DNA of 61,854 nucleotides, the filler included, from Choristocarpus tenellus KU-1152 (lineage: Eukaryota > Protista > Phaeophyceae), in the NCBI GenBank assembly GCA_964200185.2. It is 13 parts of 13 records of this genome, joined end to end, with 100 filler letters (N's around TTAATTAATTAA, not from the genome) between each part and the next. Parts side by side here need not be neighbours in the genome. Positions count along the whole stretch, not along the records: positions 1 to 4,295 come from CAXNAD020015242.1; positions 4,396 to 7,065 come from CAXNAD020025791.1; positions 7,166 to 11,326 come from CAXNAD020015906.1; positions 11,427 to 15,074 come from CAXNAD020018747.1; 9 more parts are not named here. One strand, given 5' to 3'. Position numbers and translations under genes: made by a program. Shown here in pieces: positions 1-12,149 of the stretch (within the stretch, counting starts at the first letter, position 1; every line of letters begins with the position of its first letter). A model generated the notes under the pieces. It did not search any database, was not told where the DNA came from, and saw only the letters and a list, made by a program, of their open reading frames with translations.

Positions 1-697
1 TTGTACCACATCAATTCTGTGCCGTTTTTTTCGGGCATGCCCATGGGTGCACAAAATCGGGGTAGGTACTGTATCGCGTTATCTCCCAGCTTGTAGCTAT
101 GCTGTATAAAATCTATGACTAATCATATTGACATAATCATTGATTCACAGGGTGCCTATGCCTAATAATCGTCCCATTACTAGCGCCTCGTACCTTCCAC
201 ACGTGACCCTTGAATGGGGTGGTCCTCTCTACATCATCCTACGATGAGCCCACTCTGTTCGATTTTTCTTGCCATATGGGCTGGGGTGAACGATATAGGC
301 AGCGGAAACAACCCAGACACTCTATCACCAATCAATATAGACCTGACATCTGCCCCAGCTCTACATCTCAAGCAATATATAAACTGCACTTACTCTACAA
401 GATTGTCGTAGGTACACCACTCCTACCCTGACCCATTATCTTTTCTCTTTTTTTCGTAACTCCATGGGATAACCATGTTTGTAACGTAAACGGCGCACTC
501 TATTACTCTTCCCCGTCTACCCCTTAGACTGTAACTCTTGCAGGACCTTCGACGCTTTTCCGTCCTGCTGTGTGTACCAACCTATAAAGCATTAGAGTTT
601 ATAACCTACAGTATTAACATGTACTCCCATCTCTGCCAGGACCACTACCGTAGGAATCGGACCGATTAATCATTTACGCGTCTATCCTGTTTCACTC

Positions 698-953
698 TAT
701 GCAAAGGAGAGCTCTTCCAATAGTCTTTTCATTATGCTGTATGGATGTGTTTATTAGCGGAGTGGGCACTACCCTCGAGGTGGGGGGGGTGTTCTCCCTT
801 GTTATATAATGTGTACGTCATCATACACGTCAGAAATATGTTTAAAATATGTTTGAGACAGTTACACTACGCCAGTCACTTATAAGTTCAAGTTAAACTA
901 CGTCAGTCATTTTTACACCATAAACCATATAGACTACTAGCCTATGTTGCACA
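698..953 (-). mobile_element. Ty1/Copia 3' LTR (256 bp), preceded by a polypurine tract
   Basis: On the minus strand the RNase H end is followed by GGGGGAG (960-954) and then TGTGCAA...TTGCATA. It aligns over its full length with a second copy at 33613-33874. Confidence 0.85.
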
Positions 954-991
954 CTCCCCCATGAGCGTGCAGCAAAGTTGCTGACAAAAGC

Positions 992-1510
992 TCACTCTCG
1001 ACGTGAAAGCACAGAATGCACAAAATCAGAGATAAGATTCTTGCGTAAAGATTTTGATAACATGTCAGCCAATTGCTTGCGTGTTGGAATATATTCAATG
1101 TTAAATATGCCTTGATCTACATACTCTCTTGTACACTTTAATTTCATGTCCACATGCTTGGTCCTTCCATTGAATCCTGTGATGCTTCCCCGTTGGGAGT
1201 CTGATCCTGTAGTATACCAATCTCCCCCAAAATGCCTCGGATGAAAATGCAGTGGCGCATGCCATATGCCATTGCTGTCCACTCTGCCTCCAAGCTGGAG
1301 AGGGTGACTGCCCCTTGAAGCTTGGAGCGCCAAGCGATCGGCGATCTGTTGAACAGGATTATGTACCCTGTAACACTCCTGCGTGTTTGTTGGTCGGTGC
1401 CCCAGTCAGAATCTCCGTATCCAACCAGGAGTTCTTCATCCCTCTCGTTCATATCTTTGTTCCCTCGATCATAGTGAATGCAGACATCCAATGTCCCTGG
1501 TATGTAGAAC
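992..1510 (-). pseudogene. Ty1/Copia RT C-terminus and RNase H, frameshifted
   Basis: Motifs GYGDSDWG, RRSVTGY, PIAWRSKLQ, SSLEAEW, RTKHVD and QLADMLSK are spread over two frames. Confidence 0.92.
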
Positions 1511-2302
1511 AGTGAATAATGCAATAAATACACCCTAATATCAAAGTTGACATTGGGTTTCTGTAGGTACAAAAACTCAGTAATAAATTTTAAACCTTTG
1601 TCCTACTGCAGCCTCCCGTGGAAACATTATGGGGTACTTTCTCCTGCAAGTCCTTAGCGATGTCCCATTGCGTCTCCCACAATCCATAAAATGGCAGGGT
1701 CCTTAGCAATACATCCAGCGTCTCCTACAATCAACGAAACTTCCCTAGTACATCACCACTACAAATCTTCGGAACAAAGTAATATGGTGGAACTGTCATT
1801 TCCTACCTATCCTATCACAATCTCTACGAACACATCCTGAGGTGTCTTTTACTGTGGGCCCTTAGCCATACAAAAATGCGTCTCCCACGATCCTGGAAAT
1901 ATCCCTAGTGTAACGCCTAAAGTGAATCCTTGGAAAAAGTAGTACTAAACAGTTGACTTATTACTGAAATACCATATACACAAACACGAGGAACGCCTCT
2001 CCTAGACTAAAGTCAGTCTGCATACAACATCACAGATGTCACTTGACTACTGTGGGCGTGCACTAAAACACACGACAGATGGGGGACAAACTCAAATTTA
2101 AACATTTAGAAAGACAAACCCAAAAGAAGACAGTCATAAGGAATAACGATCAGATTCGCCAAAATAGGAACCTATGAACCCTTCTAACCTTTCCATCCTA
2201 TCCGGACGATCCTCTTGGTTCGAGGACGGAGGAGAAGCTGTCGATACCATGTTAGCGTACTTATTCCCTGTTCTTGGGGGTTTTCAGGTCTTTTCCCTAG
2301 CT

Positions 2303-2395
2303 CGAACTGTCAGGGGACATTCATCATAGTCGTGTCCTATCCCCCTGCATCTTGGGGATAGGACACGACTATGATGAATGTCCCCTGACTGTTCG
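2303..2395. repeat. Near-perfect inverted repeat (42-bp arms, 9-nt loop)
   Basis: Arm 2303-2344 is the reverse complement of 2354-2395 with one mismatch. Confidence 0.95.
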
Positions 2396-2795
2396 TAGAA
2401 TAATAATATGGTAGTATAGGCTAGTCTCATCCACATGCTCAGTCAGTGGAATATATGATGTTTTTCATCGTCACGGTCACCGTCCCCCTTGCCTTCTAGA
2501 CTTTCCCCTACCATTTGCGTATCTTGTTCTCAAGCATCCCCGCCTTTTCCACAGGGCCTTTCTCTCTTTCAACTATAGGAAAGAATGTTCGGGTTCTGCC
2601 TTGATCCATTCTGACGAGAGCTTGCTCGGAGGTAGTATTGTTCTAGCCCCTCCTCATCTTATACCACCAGCCCTCGGTTTTCTTTACATACTGACCGTTC
2701 CTTCTTACCTTGTGCCTCCACTTACCAATCACTTCTTTAACTTCTCTCCTGCCCCTTCTGCCTCCTATATTGTGGGCAATCACCTCTAGGATCAG

Positions 2796-3108
2796 ACCAG
2801 TCTTGATTTTTGAAAAGGTTGGTCAACGAGTTAAACGACGATCAGCATATCAAATGAAAGCTCTTGATCTATGGCATCGATTTCTAGAAATGAATTCAAT
2901 CGCAAAAGTATTTTGGCAAGGTTACATTTTAACCGAATGTTTTCGGCACAACCTTGAAAATGTTTCGGAATGAATTATCGCGATCAAAAATATTTTTTGC
3001 GAAAGGGTTCCTTTACGTAAATCGATAGCATAGCTGCAGAGGTTTCATTTGATATGCTGATCGTCGATTAACTTGTTGGTCAACCTTTTCAAAAAAATAA
3101 AGATAGGT
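2796..3108. mobile_element. Palindromic MITE / foldback-like element (~310 bp)
   Basis: The left arm (TTTTGAAAAGGTTGGTCAACGAGTTAAACGACGATCAGCATATCAAATGAAAGCTCT...) matches the reverse complement of the right arm, and the imperfect symmetry extends towards the centre. Confidence 0.8.
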
Positions 3109-3161
3109 AACCACCAAAACAGTATGTGGGCGAACCTCGGCTTAATACTATTTAAGCCACT

Positions 3162-3258
3162 CACAGGACACTGCGGTGACGCACAGTGAGCTCCGAGTTG
3201 TGGCCTGCCCCTTACAGGACACTGTGACGCCCAATGAACTCCGAGTTGTCACCTGACC
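3162..3258. repeat. Degenerate tandem duplication (~49-bp unit, two copies)
   Basis: ACAGGACACTG...GTGACGC...CTCCGAGTTGT..CCTG occurs twice in succession. Confidence 0.75.
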
Positions 3259-3379
3259 ACGTTGACGTTGTGATAAGGTCACTCCCTGGTGGATTTGAGT
3301 TCGTCTGGTGCCGCCAGGAGACTAGGGCCAAGGGATATCGGCTGAGGATTTCCAGTCGTCCACAAGGTGAGAAGGGGGA

Positions 3380-3870
3380 GTATGTTGAACAAGTTAAGGG
3401 AATGAGATAAGTTTTGCAAGATAGAGGTTTGTTTATCCCAAGGACGGGGGCAAGGATAGGAATAAGAGCATGAGCATGGCGTACATTCTTGGGGAGCAGT
3501 AGGATTTCAAGATGGTAGAACCGAGTCTTAAGATTCTGGTTGAGTGTCTAGGAGGACACTGCTTGGTTCTTCCAAAGTACCATTGTGAATTTAACCCAAT
3601 AGATATGGTCTGGGGGCGGGCGAAGCACTATGTACGAGGCCATTGTGACTACAAGTTCCCTGAAACGAGAGTCAACATTCCTGTCAGTTTTAAGGAGGAA
3701 GAGGGGGCGTCCAGAGTAATTGTGGAGAGGTTCTTCAGGATGAGTAATGCTTAACCACCTGATATATTCCAACGAGAAAGGCATGGAATGCACTAAATTG
3801 GACAGGGTGTACAAGACATTAAGTCTCATATAGGAGGCCTGCACCTTCAGAATACTTCATTATACTTGAC
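3380..3870 (+). pseudogene. DDE transposase C-terminal remnant (IS630/Tc1/mariner-related)
   Basis: KGMR*VLQDRGL is followed by LPKYHCEFNPIDMVWGRAKHYVRGHCDYKF, matching the LPK(F/Y)HCELNPIE..WG..K motif. Stops and frameshifts are present. Confidence 0.8.
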
Positions 3871-4295
3871 ATGGATTGTCTACTTCAGAGGCCTAGGCCC
3901 CCAAGAGTGAGCCTTAACCAGCAGGTGACAACATCGCATAAACGGAAAATAATGGAAAGAGGATGGAGAGACAACAACGCCCATGTTATCCATGTGAAGA
4001 TGGCCTCTTCTGGTGTCAACATCATCCTTAATTGCGTGATTTGCAAGCGCGGACTACTTGATTTAAGTATTGTCCTGTATTTCTCACGATTACTGTGAGT
4101 TAAACGATCGAGATCCATCAAATATGGTGAAGCATGCTGATGCGATTACAACAAACTAATTTTCATGAAAAAAAATGTCGTTGATCAAAAGTTATGGCAC
4201 GACAAAGTTGATGCAGGAGGCGTGTTAAGAATATGCTTTTTATTCATGTGTAAAAGAAGATTCTGTAGAAGAAACAATTTAAGAATGAAGAGATG

Positions 4296-4395
4296 NNNNN
4301 NNNNNNNNNNNNNNNNNNNNNNNNNNNNNNNNNNNNNNNTTAATTAATTAANNNNNNNNNNNNNNNNNNNNNNNNNNNNNNNNNNNNNNNNNNNN
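4296..4395. other. Artificial contig spacer (first of 12)
   Basis: 44 N + TTAATTAATTAA + 44 N. The same spacer occurs at 7066, 11327, 15075, 27106, 30300, 34500, 38192, 43981, 49759, 53606 and 59060. Confidence 0.99.
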
Positions 4396-7300
4396 GGACC
4401 TTTTCCTGGCGAGGGCCCGCAAAGACCCCCTCCTGTGCCCCCCCCCCCCCCCCCCCCAGACACTTTGAGCCAATTTCATTTTGCCGCCGAGTTATCTCCT
4501 TCCCGGTGAGCCCAAATAGATAGCACGAAAAACAATGCAATATTGCCCTCCCTTTTTTTCTTCTCCATTCTACTGACCCTTTTCTTTGTCCAGAATGTGC
4601 AAAAATAATACAAAAATAATACAAAAACAAAAGTGTCTTTTCAGTGCCCCCACTGCACACACCAAATGGTCTTGTACCACCACCCGACGAGTCGGGCTTC
4701 CGTGGGCGTTCTTGTTTTGCACTCTCCAATGTTGATACCCCTGGTGTGTTGTTTATTTCCTCGACAGGGACTGTGCCTGATATGGGAAAAAAGGTTGCAA
4801 CCCTGGAGGTTAGGTACTGTGGTGGGTGAGGCTATGTACTCTACTTCGATCGCTTAGTGCCACAACTCAAAGCTGTGTTTGGCGATCAGGCAAGCTGATT
4901 TCCACAATCTCAGATCTCTGTGTGCAAAGGAAGGTCTTGTGATTGTGAGCCCTGTTTTCCTATGGGTGGGTTGAGAATTGTGACTAGAGTAGTGGCATCA
5001 TCCTGCATATTGCCAAAGACCTCTGGAATCACTGGGGCCCATGCTGTGATTTTGTCTTACCTCTTTCTTCTACTACCTTTGATAATGACTCCAGTAAATG
5101 TGAAGTCTCACCGTGGGTATTTTTTTAAAATTATTCTCTTGGGCATTACCTTCAGGGTCCTCTTTCCATGTTCGATGCATTTGTTCTTAAGTGTTCATCT
5201 TTATGTTTTCTCATACACCTGTGGTGGTGGGGGAGGGAAACGCGTCGTGTGGATACTCCAAGAGGTGCAGCAGTCAAGTGTTGACAAGAGCTCTACATCG
5301 ACTTTTGACCAGACATTACAAAGAGAAAGAGGATGTGAAAATATTTCAATTCAGATGTAGTGTAGATGGCAGTGTGTATTTGCTAACACGTATATGCCTT
5401 GGGGTCAACGGGGCTGAGAATCTAGTGATTTCATTGCTGTGGTATACTGGCAAGCAAAAAATCACAACCCTCCTCCGTCACATGTTGGTGTCAAACCTGA
5501 TCAAATGCTCCTATGTCATTATCTTATTTTCTTTTTCCGCCCCTATAGGTGGAACTAATACCCCTTGAGGACCCAGGTGTCACCGGTCGTTTCGAGATCA
5601 TCCTCAAGAATACCAATACACTCATCCACAGCAAAAAGCAATGGGGGCAGGGACGCTGTGAAACCTCACAAGAGGTGGATGCAGTGATCTCGCATGTAAG
5701 GTCATTCCTTGAATTACCCTAATCGAGGTGGAAGATTCATTAGGGAGAGGCATAGTGTAAAAGCGATTAATGACAGAGCCAACGTTAAACACTTTTAACA
5801 TGAAGTGCTGTTGGCTCTTGAGACATGGCTTTTTCACTCTTGTACCACCCTTTTGCTGAAGCTAAGGCAATGGCCATTTTTTGCATATGTAATAGAAGGT
5901 CCCAACTAGAAGTATTTGTGCGGAATTTGGGATGACATTTTGCGTCAAGAAAATATGTGTTTGGGAAGTGACCCACGTTGACGCGGAAAAGATTTCGTAT
6001 CATTGTGGTGGTCCTTGCTCCTAAAAGTTGGGTTGTCCCCCAGGTGCGCCATGTGGGCTTGTTTTCTCGAGTGTGTTCTTCAGTCAAAATTGCAACTCAC
6101 TGCCATTCTTCCTGTGGCCATCCATTGGCCACGAGGAGGAGGGGATCCCAACTGCTTCAGGAGTACATGGTATTGATCCATCTTAAAACGTCTTCTCTTT
6201 TCTTTCACCAGAACTGGGCGATGAAAAGCTAAGAAGATGGCATGCACACACCCGTCTCTTGGATCTGTGCATTCAACACACCCTGTCCCCAACTTTCAAC
6301 ACTGCTACCGTGGGAGACAGACATTTTGAGGGTTGATCCTTCTGCGTTGCTTGCTATCTTCTTCTCGAACCGAAAGCGTCGTTATACCCCTCGTATGATC
6401 GTGTATCAATGACATCACGCAATGAACCTGGCATCCAAGAACTAAATCGACTTTATTTCAATATCCAGTCTCTTCTACACCAGGTTGGTCACTGGTGTGA
6501 AGTGTTGCACTGCAGTTGGTGGTACGAGTGTGACAAAGAATCCAACGATATTAGGCTTCAGGAAATGGGAAATGCACACATCACCTCTGACACACTACTG
6601 GTAGTGTACTCAAGAATTTTCTTCATTTTTATATTGTTTCGGGCTACATTATTATTTGTATTCTTCACATTTGTGCGAAGGGTCCCGAACTATGGACAAA
6701 ATATAGAGCAACGTACTATACTACAAACGAAGAGATGCAACGTGCAATACGTTACCCCTGAATACCTTGTGTCACACGAGGTTCATCCAGTCGAAAAAGC
6801 ACTACTCATCACGTGTCGCATATAGAACAAAAGGGAAAAGAGGGACACACATATTGTCAACCCAGAACGGAAGACAAAAGAAAACAGTGTCCAGTAGACG
6901 GATGGTGGTGATGAATGCACAGCCTTGATAAGAGGTGGCTTAGTTAGCTGCTGTTTTAGTACATGTATAACAAGGTTTCAGCAGATTGATGATTGTCGAG
7001 GTAACAGCCGATTTCAAAAATTGAGGATGGAGCTTTTCATTGAGGATGGGCTTGACCCAAAATTGNNNNNNNNNNNNNNNNNNNNNNNNNNNNNNNNNNN
7101 NNNNNNNNNTTAATTAATTAANNNNNNNNNNNNNNNNNNNNNNNNNNNNNNNNNNNNNNNNNNNNTTGCAGGGAAACGTGCCACTTTGGTGTCAAATCTC
7201 ACCACTTGGGCGTTCCATACTGCAAACGCAAGGAGTATGTTTTAAGGTAGTGACATGTTATTGCCAATTATATGTGTCCGTTGTCCTTCATAATTTATTC

Positions 7301-10300
7301 TTTTGTCTAAAATAGTAGTTACAATTTTGTCATAGACAGTGGAGTGGGAGATATGATGATGCCTTGTGACCTCTTTTCGGGACCAACAAAGGCTAGAATC
7401 ACACCCGACAGTGCCACATAGGCAACAGCTGTAGGATTTTAAGAGTGCTACGATTGGCAACGATTTTAGTAGAATTCTTTGGGTGTACTCTTTCTACTTT
7501 CTTGCAATAATAATGGACACTGTTTGCGAGATTATCCATTCTCATTTTGTCCCTGAAAACTTGTCACTGCTCCATGCATACACGTGTACCTCCTTTCACT
7601 GCAGTATACTCGATTTGTTTTTCATGTAACAGAAATGAAAATGTTGAGCAGGATATCCATAGTGGGAAACAGTAGGCTGTGATAGCCAAGTTAAACACAA
7701 AATGTGAATAGTCTTACATGCGTTGCACGTTTCCACGACGGAACAAGAGACATACAAAAAGTTCGCTCTCATTACTAAGTTCAAACCTGTTTGATGCGTT
7801 GTAATATATGTAGGTATGTCTGTGAGTAAGATATGAACCCTGAAATGTTGGATACATTCTTTTCCTTTGCATCTCCTGCTTGCTGCTCCTTAGCTGTGGC
7901 GGTTGTGTGTTGACTGTTCTCTGGTTTTGCTTCACGAAGTAGTTGCAGGTACATCAATGATTCCAAGAATAGAAGTGTTGACTACAAGATGTGTTTGGGA
8001 AAGTTCCACTCTTAGTTTTGTTCGAGATTATGTGATATTCTAGTGCTAGATCGACAGACTCAATAGTTGGAATCTGGTTTCTTGGAAATTATTTCTGGCA
8101 CAGGTACGTTGTGGATTATGTATGTTTTGACAGTGGATTGACCGAGATCGATATGGGGATCACATACCACCATAACTCAAGAATACAATTACCGTGTAAT
8201 ATTAGAGCTATACCGGAAACGTTTCTACTACACATTACCATCACGAAAAAAGGGCTATCTATATTTTGTACTATCAATACCATAACAATCTCCATAGTAA
8301 TCGAATTGATGTCGAATTTCTCTGCAACTTGATTAATGTCGTGGTGGATCAAGGGCATGTGTTTGCTGCTTTGGAAGAACTCCTTGATCGCTGCCTTCCT
8401 TCTACCAAGCACCAGAACGTTTCTGTTGGAAATATCATGCATTATCCGATTGATAGGCGAGAAAGTTTTGCTTTGACCCTCTTTTGCACACCTCTGCTCT
8501 CAGGAAACCATGTAAGATATAAGAACGTGATATTTGAACCGACCCTTAAGCTTGTGCACATCACAATGGTGAAATCTGTTGGAACCAATTCGTTGCAAGG
8601 AATGAGTTATGTCGAAAAATATCCACACATATCAAGCCTTACGATCAGAGGTAGAGTGTCTTTTTCCTACCCTATTCCAATATACTGAACAATTACAAGA
8701 ACCCCTTCCTGCCGTTGTAGTAGGAAGGGGAAGGCAATTGCTGGAAGAGATACAGATAGATCCTATTTTGTTGATTGTCTTTTACTATTATTGCTGTTAT
8801 GAAACCTCTAAGATAGTGACTCAGTAGTAGTGATTCCTTGATAAATGCTGTACTGTCCTTATTTCTTCTGACAGTCTGGTGTGACGCTCATGTAGATAAT
8901 TCATAACTGAGTGCTTCGTTTTTACTACAGGAGCATTGAACGAAAGCATAGTCCAGCCTACTCCTTTCTGCTGCCAGAACATCAGATAGGTGTCAAAATG
9001 TAATGGGGAAGAACAAAGAATCTTCTACGAACGTGCCATTCTTTCTGATCCAATCAATCACACCGTGTAGTTTAGTCAGTGAAGAGTGTTTCACTCGTAC
9101 CTTTTCACTACACTTGCTGCTAAGTTATGTTCTATCTACATTTTCATTAAAAAAAAACTTTTTTTCTCCTTCTGCAACATCTGCCACGCGTTAGTAGGCA
9201 CAAGTAGGAGATACAAACATATTCAAAATAATCATACGCAGGGAGGGCAATTAACATCCTTTATGCTATGTCGACAACAAAGTAGTAGTGGCATGACCAA
9301 TAAATCCAACAATATTTCGAATAATAAAGATTCAACCAGCAGCACCTAAGAAGGGTGGTGCCAGCAAATTGTCATGTATGCATGTACGTATGCATTTGTT
9401 GCGTAATAATTTGGCTATTTATCGAGGGGGAAGTATTAATAGTAACGTTTAGCAAAAGAGGAGACTTTTGTCACAGGAAGGATCTCCCCGAAAGTCTTGT
9501 CTATTCCAGTCAAGTATGTTTTTATCACTTCTACCTGAAATCAGAGTGAGCAAACCATGAGATATATGCTAAGATGGAGGACCAGAAGACAAACACTCAG
9601 TAGTAGGTCGCCTTACATACATGGGATACAACCTTCCGTGTTGAATGATAAGTAAAATGATGCATCGACAAAGATGAGAATAGGTTGCTGGTCTCCAACT
9701 GAGGTGATTCCAAGATATTGAACCCCTCTCTCTCAACACCTAGCTTCATTCATCTAATGCATTCCTTGAAGTATACCATATACGTATATATCATTTACCT
9801 AACGCATCCTTTGCCTGCATATCATCCAGCAAAACAGAGGTCACTTAAAGCTAGCTGACTCCCTCTCAGCTTAATGATTAAGTGTGTTACTATGTAGCAA
9901 CAATGGTGTGGTGGCATTTTCTCGTATATTTCGAGTACCTAATGGGGTGCGCTTGGTACAGCCGGGTCCATGAACAGAAAAACATATTAGTATACTTCAA
10001 AGGATTTTTTAACTGCATCGTTATGCCCTGGAAAACGAAAAATTGGTGTTTTAAACTTTCGCCACCAGAATTTGATAGTGTCAAAATTACATGGCTGAAC
10101 AATAACCGGTGCTCAGAATGGCGAAAGAAGCATACCCCACAACAAGTAGTGCACACTACAAGAGCCTACTGCCTCATGCTTTGTGACGACTTGAATCTGT
10201 TTATGCCCAACTTTCTACTGAGATACTGAGCGACTTTTCGTCTTGCATATCGCCTCGAAATATCCAGAATTTCTTGTTCGTGGATAGTGCTGTTGATGCA

Positions 10301-12149
10301 CTATAGACACCACAGGTGGAGTAGATAACAGGACGGAGAGCCAGTGATAGATATACTATGTGTATTGACCTACTAGTGCTCACTGGTTTGTGCTATGTTC
10401 TTCATACACTTGTTATACTGAAGATAAGCAAGCAAGCAATTCATAGGAAGTTAGTGTGGAAAATTGCAAACCCTGCACAATAGGAATAGTAATGGGTGCC
10501 ACTAGTTGTAAGCCCCGTGAGTTAGTCAACAGAACTGAGACCATAAGCCCCTTGCAACATTTACACTATATATTCACGCCAAGAAGTATTGTTCTCCACT
10601 AAGGCGCACTATTGGTCATCTTAACCTCAGGTCCAGTATGGAATATTAGTTGTTCCTGTTATAATTACTTGGGTAGAAAAGGACTATGGTATGCCAAAGA
10701 GAAAAAAAACTTATTTTGGCGTGCAGTATGTGATACAGAGTGCTACAGTTACAGATCATAAATGTGCACAGGAAGCGCGACCGGTCATCAAGGCAAAGAG
10801 TAGCACCTGCCAGTACACATGGGTGGCAACACCCATACCTGCGACCCAAGCAAGGAGACAACACAATTCGGGTTCAATGTATATTCAACATCCTTACTGG
10901 TGCCAACACAATTATAATGAAGAGATACACTCCAGAGTAGTGAATACAAATGTACAACAATTCCACCACCACCACCACTAGATACTCGAGAAATAGCTAT
11001 TGCTAGACATGGCACAGTGAATAATTGTAACTATGATCCCTCTCTTTCTATTTGAATAGACCCTAGGGCTTCTAAACCCTAACCCTAGCCCTGTTCCCTT
11101 CATACTCAAATCTCAACCTCTATCCATAGTCCAGCAGTTTTGGAGATTGTTGTGGGGATGGTTGACCATAAATATGACTTGTTCATACGCTTTCTGGCTG
11201 AGCCCTGACCTCTGATGCCTTCACGGTAAGTTCGTAATTTCCTGTTACCCACTTTGAAGGTCCAGGTTATGCACATATCCCGCAGGTACAAAATGCGTCA
11301 AAGTATCTGGGGGGGGGGGGGTGTCGNNNNNNNNNNNNNNNNNNNNNNNNNNNNNNNNNNNNNNNNNNNNTTAATTAATTAANNNNNNNNNNNNNNNNNN
11401 NNNNNNNNNNNNNNNNNNNNNNNNNNCATCTGTTCTGAGATGTTGAGCCAAGGCCTTTGAAACTCGGTCTCACCCTCTGAGGTGAAGGAATTTCAGTCCG
11501 GTGATTGTGATTGCCCCCTTGAGCAGAGAACTTGGCACCTTTGACACTTCCGCATATTGTTTGTCAACCACGCACGCCTTCTGAGATAAACCAACACCCT
11601 ATTCTCAATTTCTCAAGGATATTTCCTTATCTCTATAATGATACTTTGAACAATTTTTGCTGGCACCAACCTAATCCCATGTTGTGGAATTCTTATGATT
11701 GAAAGTATTTTATGTCTATGAATTACTTTGGGTAACTCCCTTACTAATAGTAAGTGATTTATAGTGGTGTTGGACAGAAAACGAACTTAGTTTTGTAACT
11801 ATTTCGTAACTACCGTAAAGGAGCTACATACCAGTAGTATTGCGCAACTCTTCGTATATCGATATATTTGTGCAAATTGGAATGGCAAGACGACCTCTAC
11901 GTGCTTAAAAGATACATCGACTGCTTTATAGTACCCGCTTTGTAACTGCTGAAGAGGAGTGTAGACGTTGGTACGTCGAGCAGCATTTATATATGGCTAT
12001 ATATGATTATATATTAGTGATAAAATCTGGTTCGTATTACTTGCTTACTATAAGTGGAATTTGTACCTATGCGTATTGATACTACGTATAATGGTTTAAC
12101 AGTAAATGAGGAAGGAGAGATTGTCTTGTTTGACTCGAGGTCACTCCAT

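Noticed and set aside
214-411. SGNH/GDSL-like IWAGVND motif in a 65-aa ORF
   Set aside because: It is a single short motif with no other catalytic blocks or supported splice structure.
4340-4351. Recurrent TTAATTAATTAA palindrome as a biological motif
   Set aside because: It is always centred in exactly 44+44 N, so it is an assembly linker.
11794-12057. Gypsy 5' LTR (TGTAAC...) with a TAAGTGG primer site
   Set aside because: There is no second LTR copy and no clean CA end in the window, so the boundaries cannot be supported.
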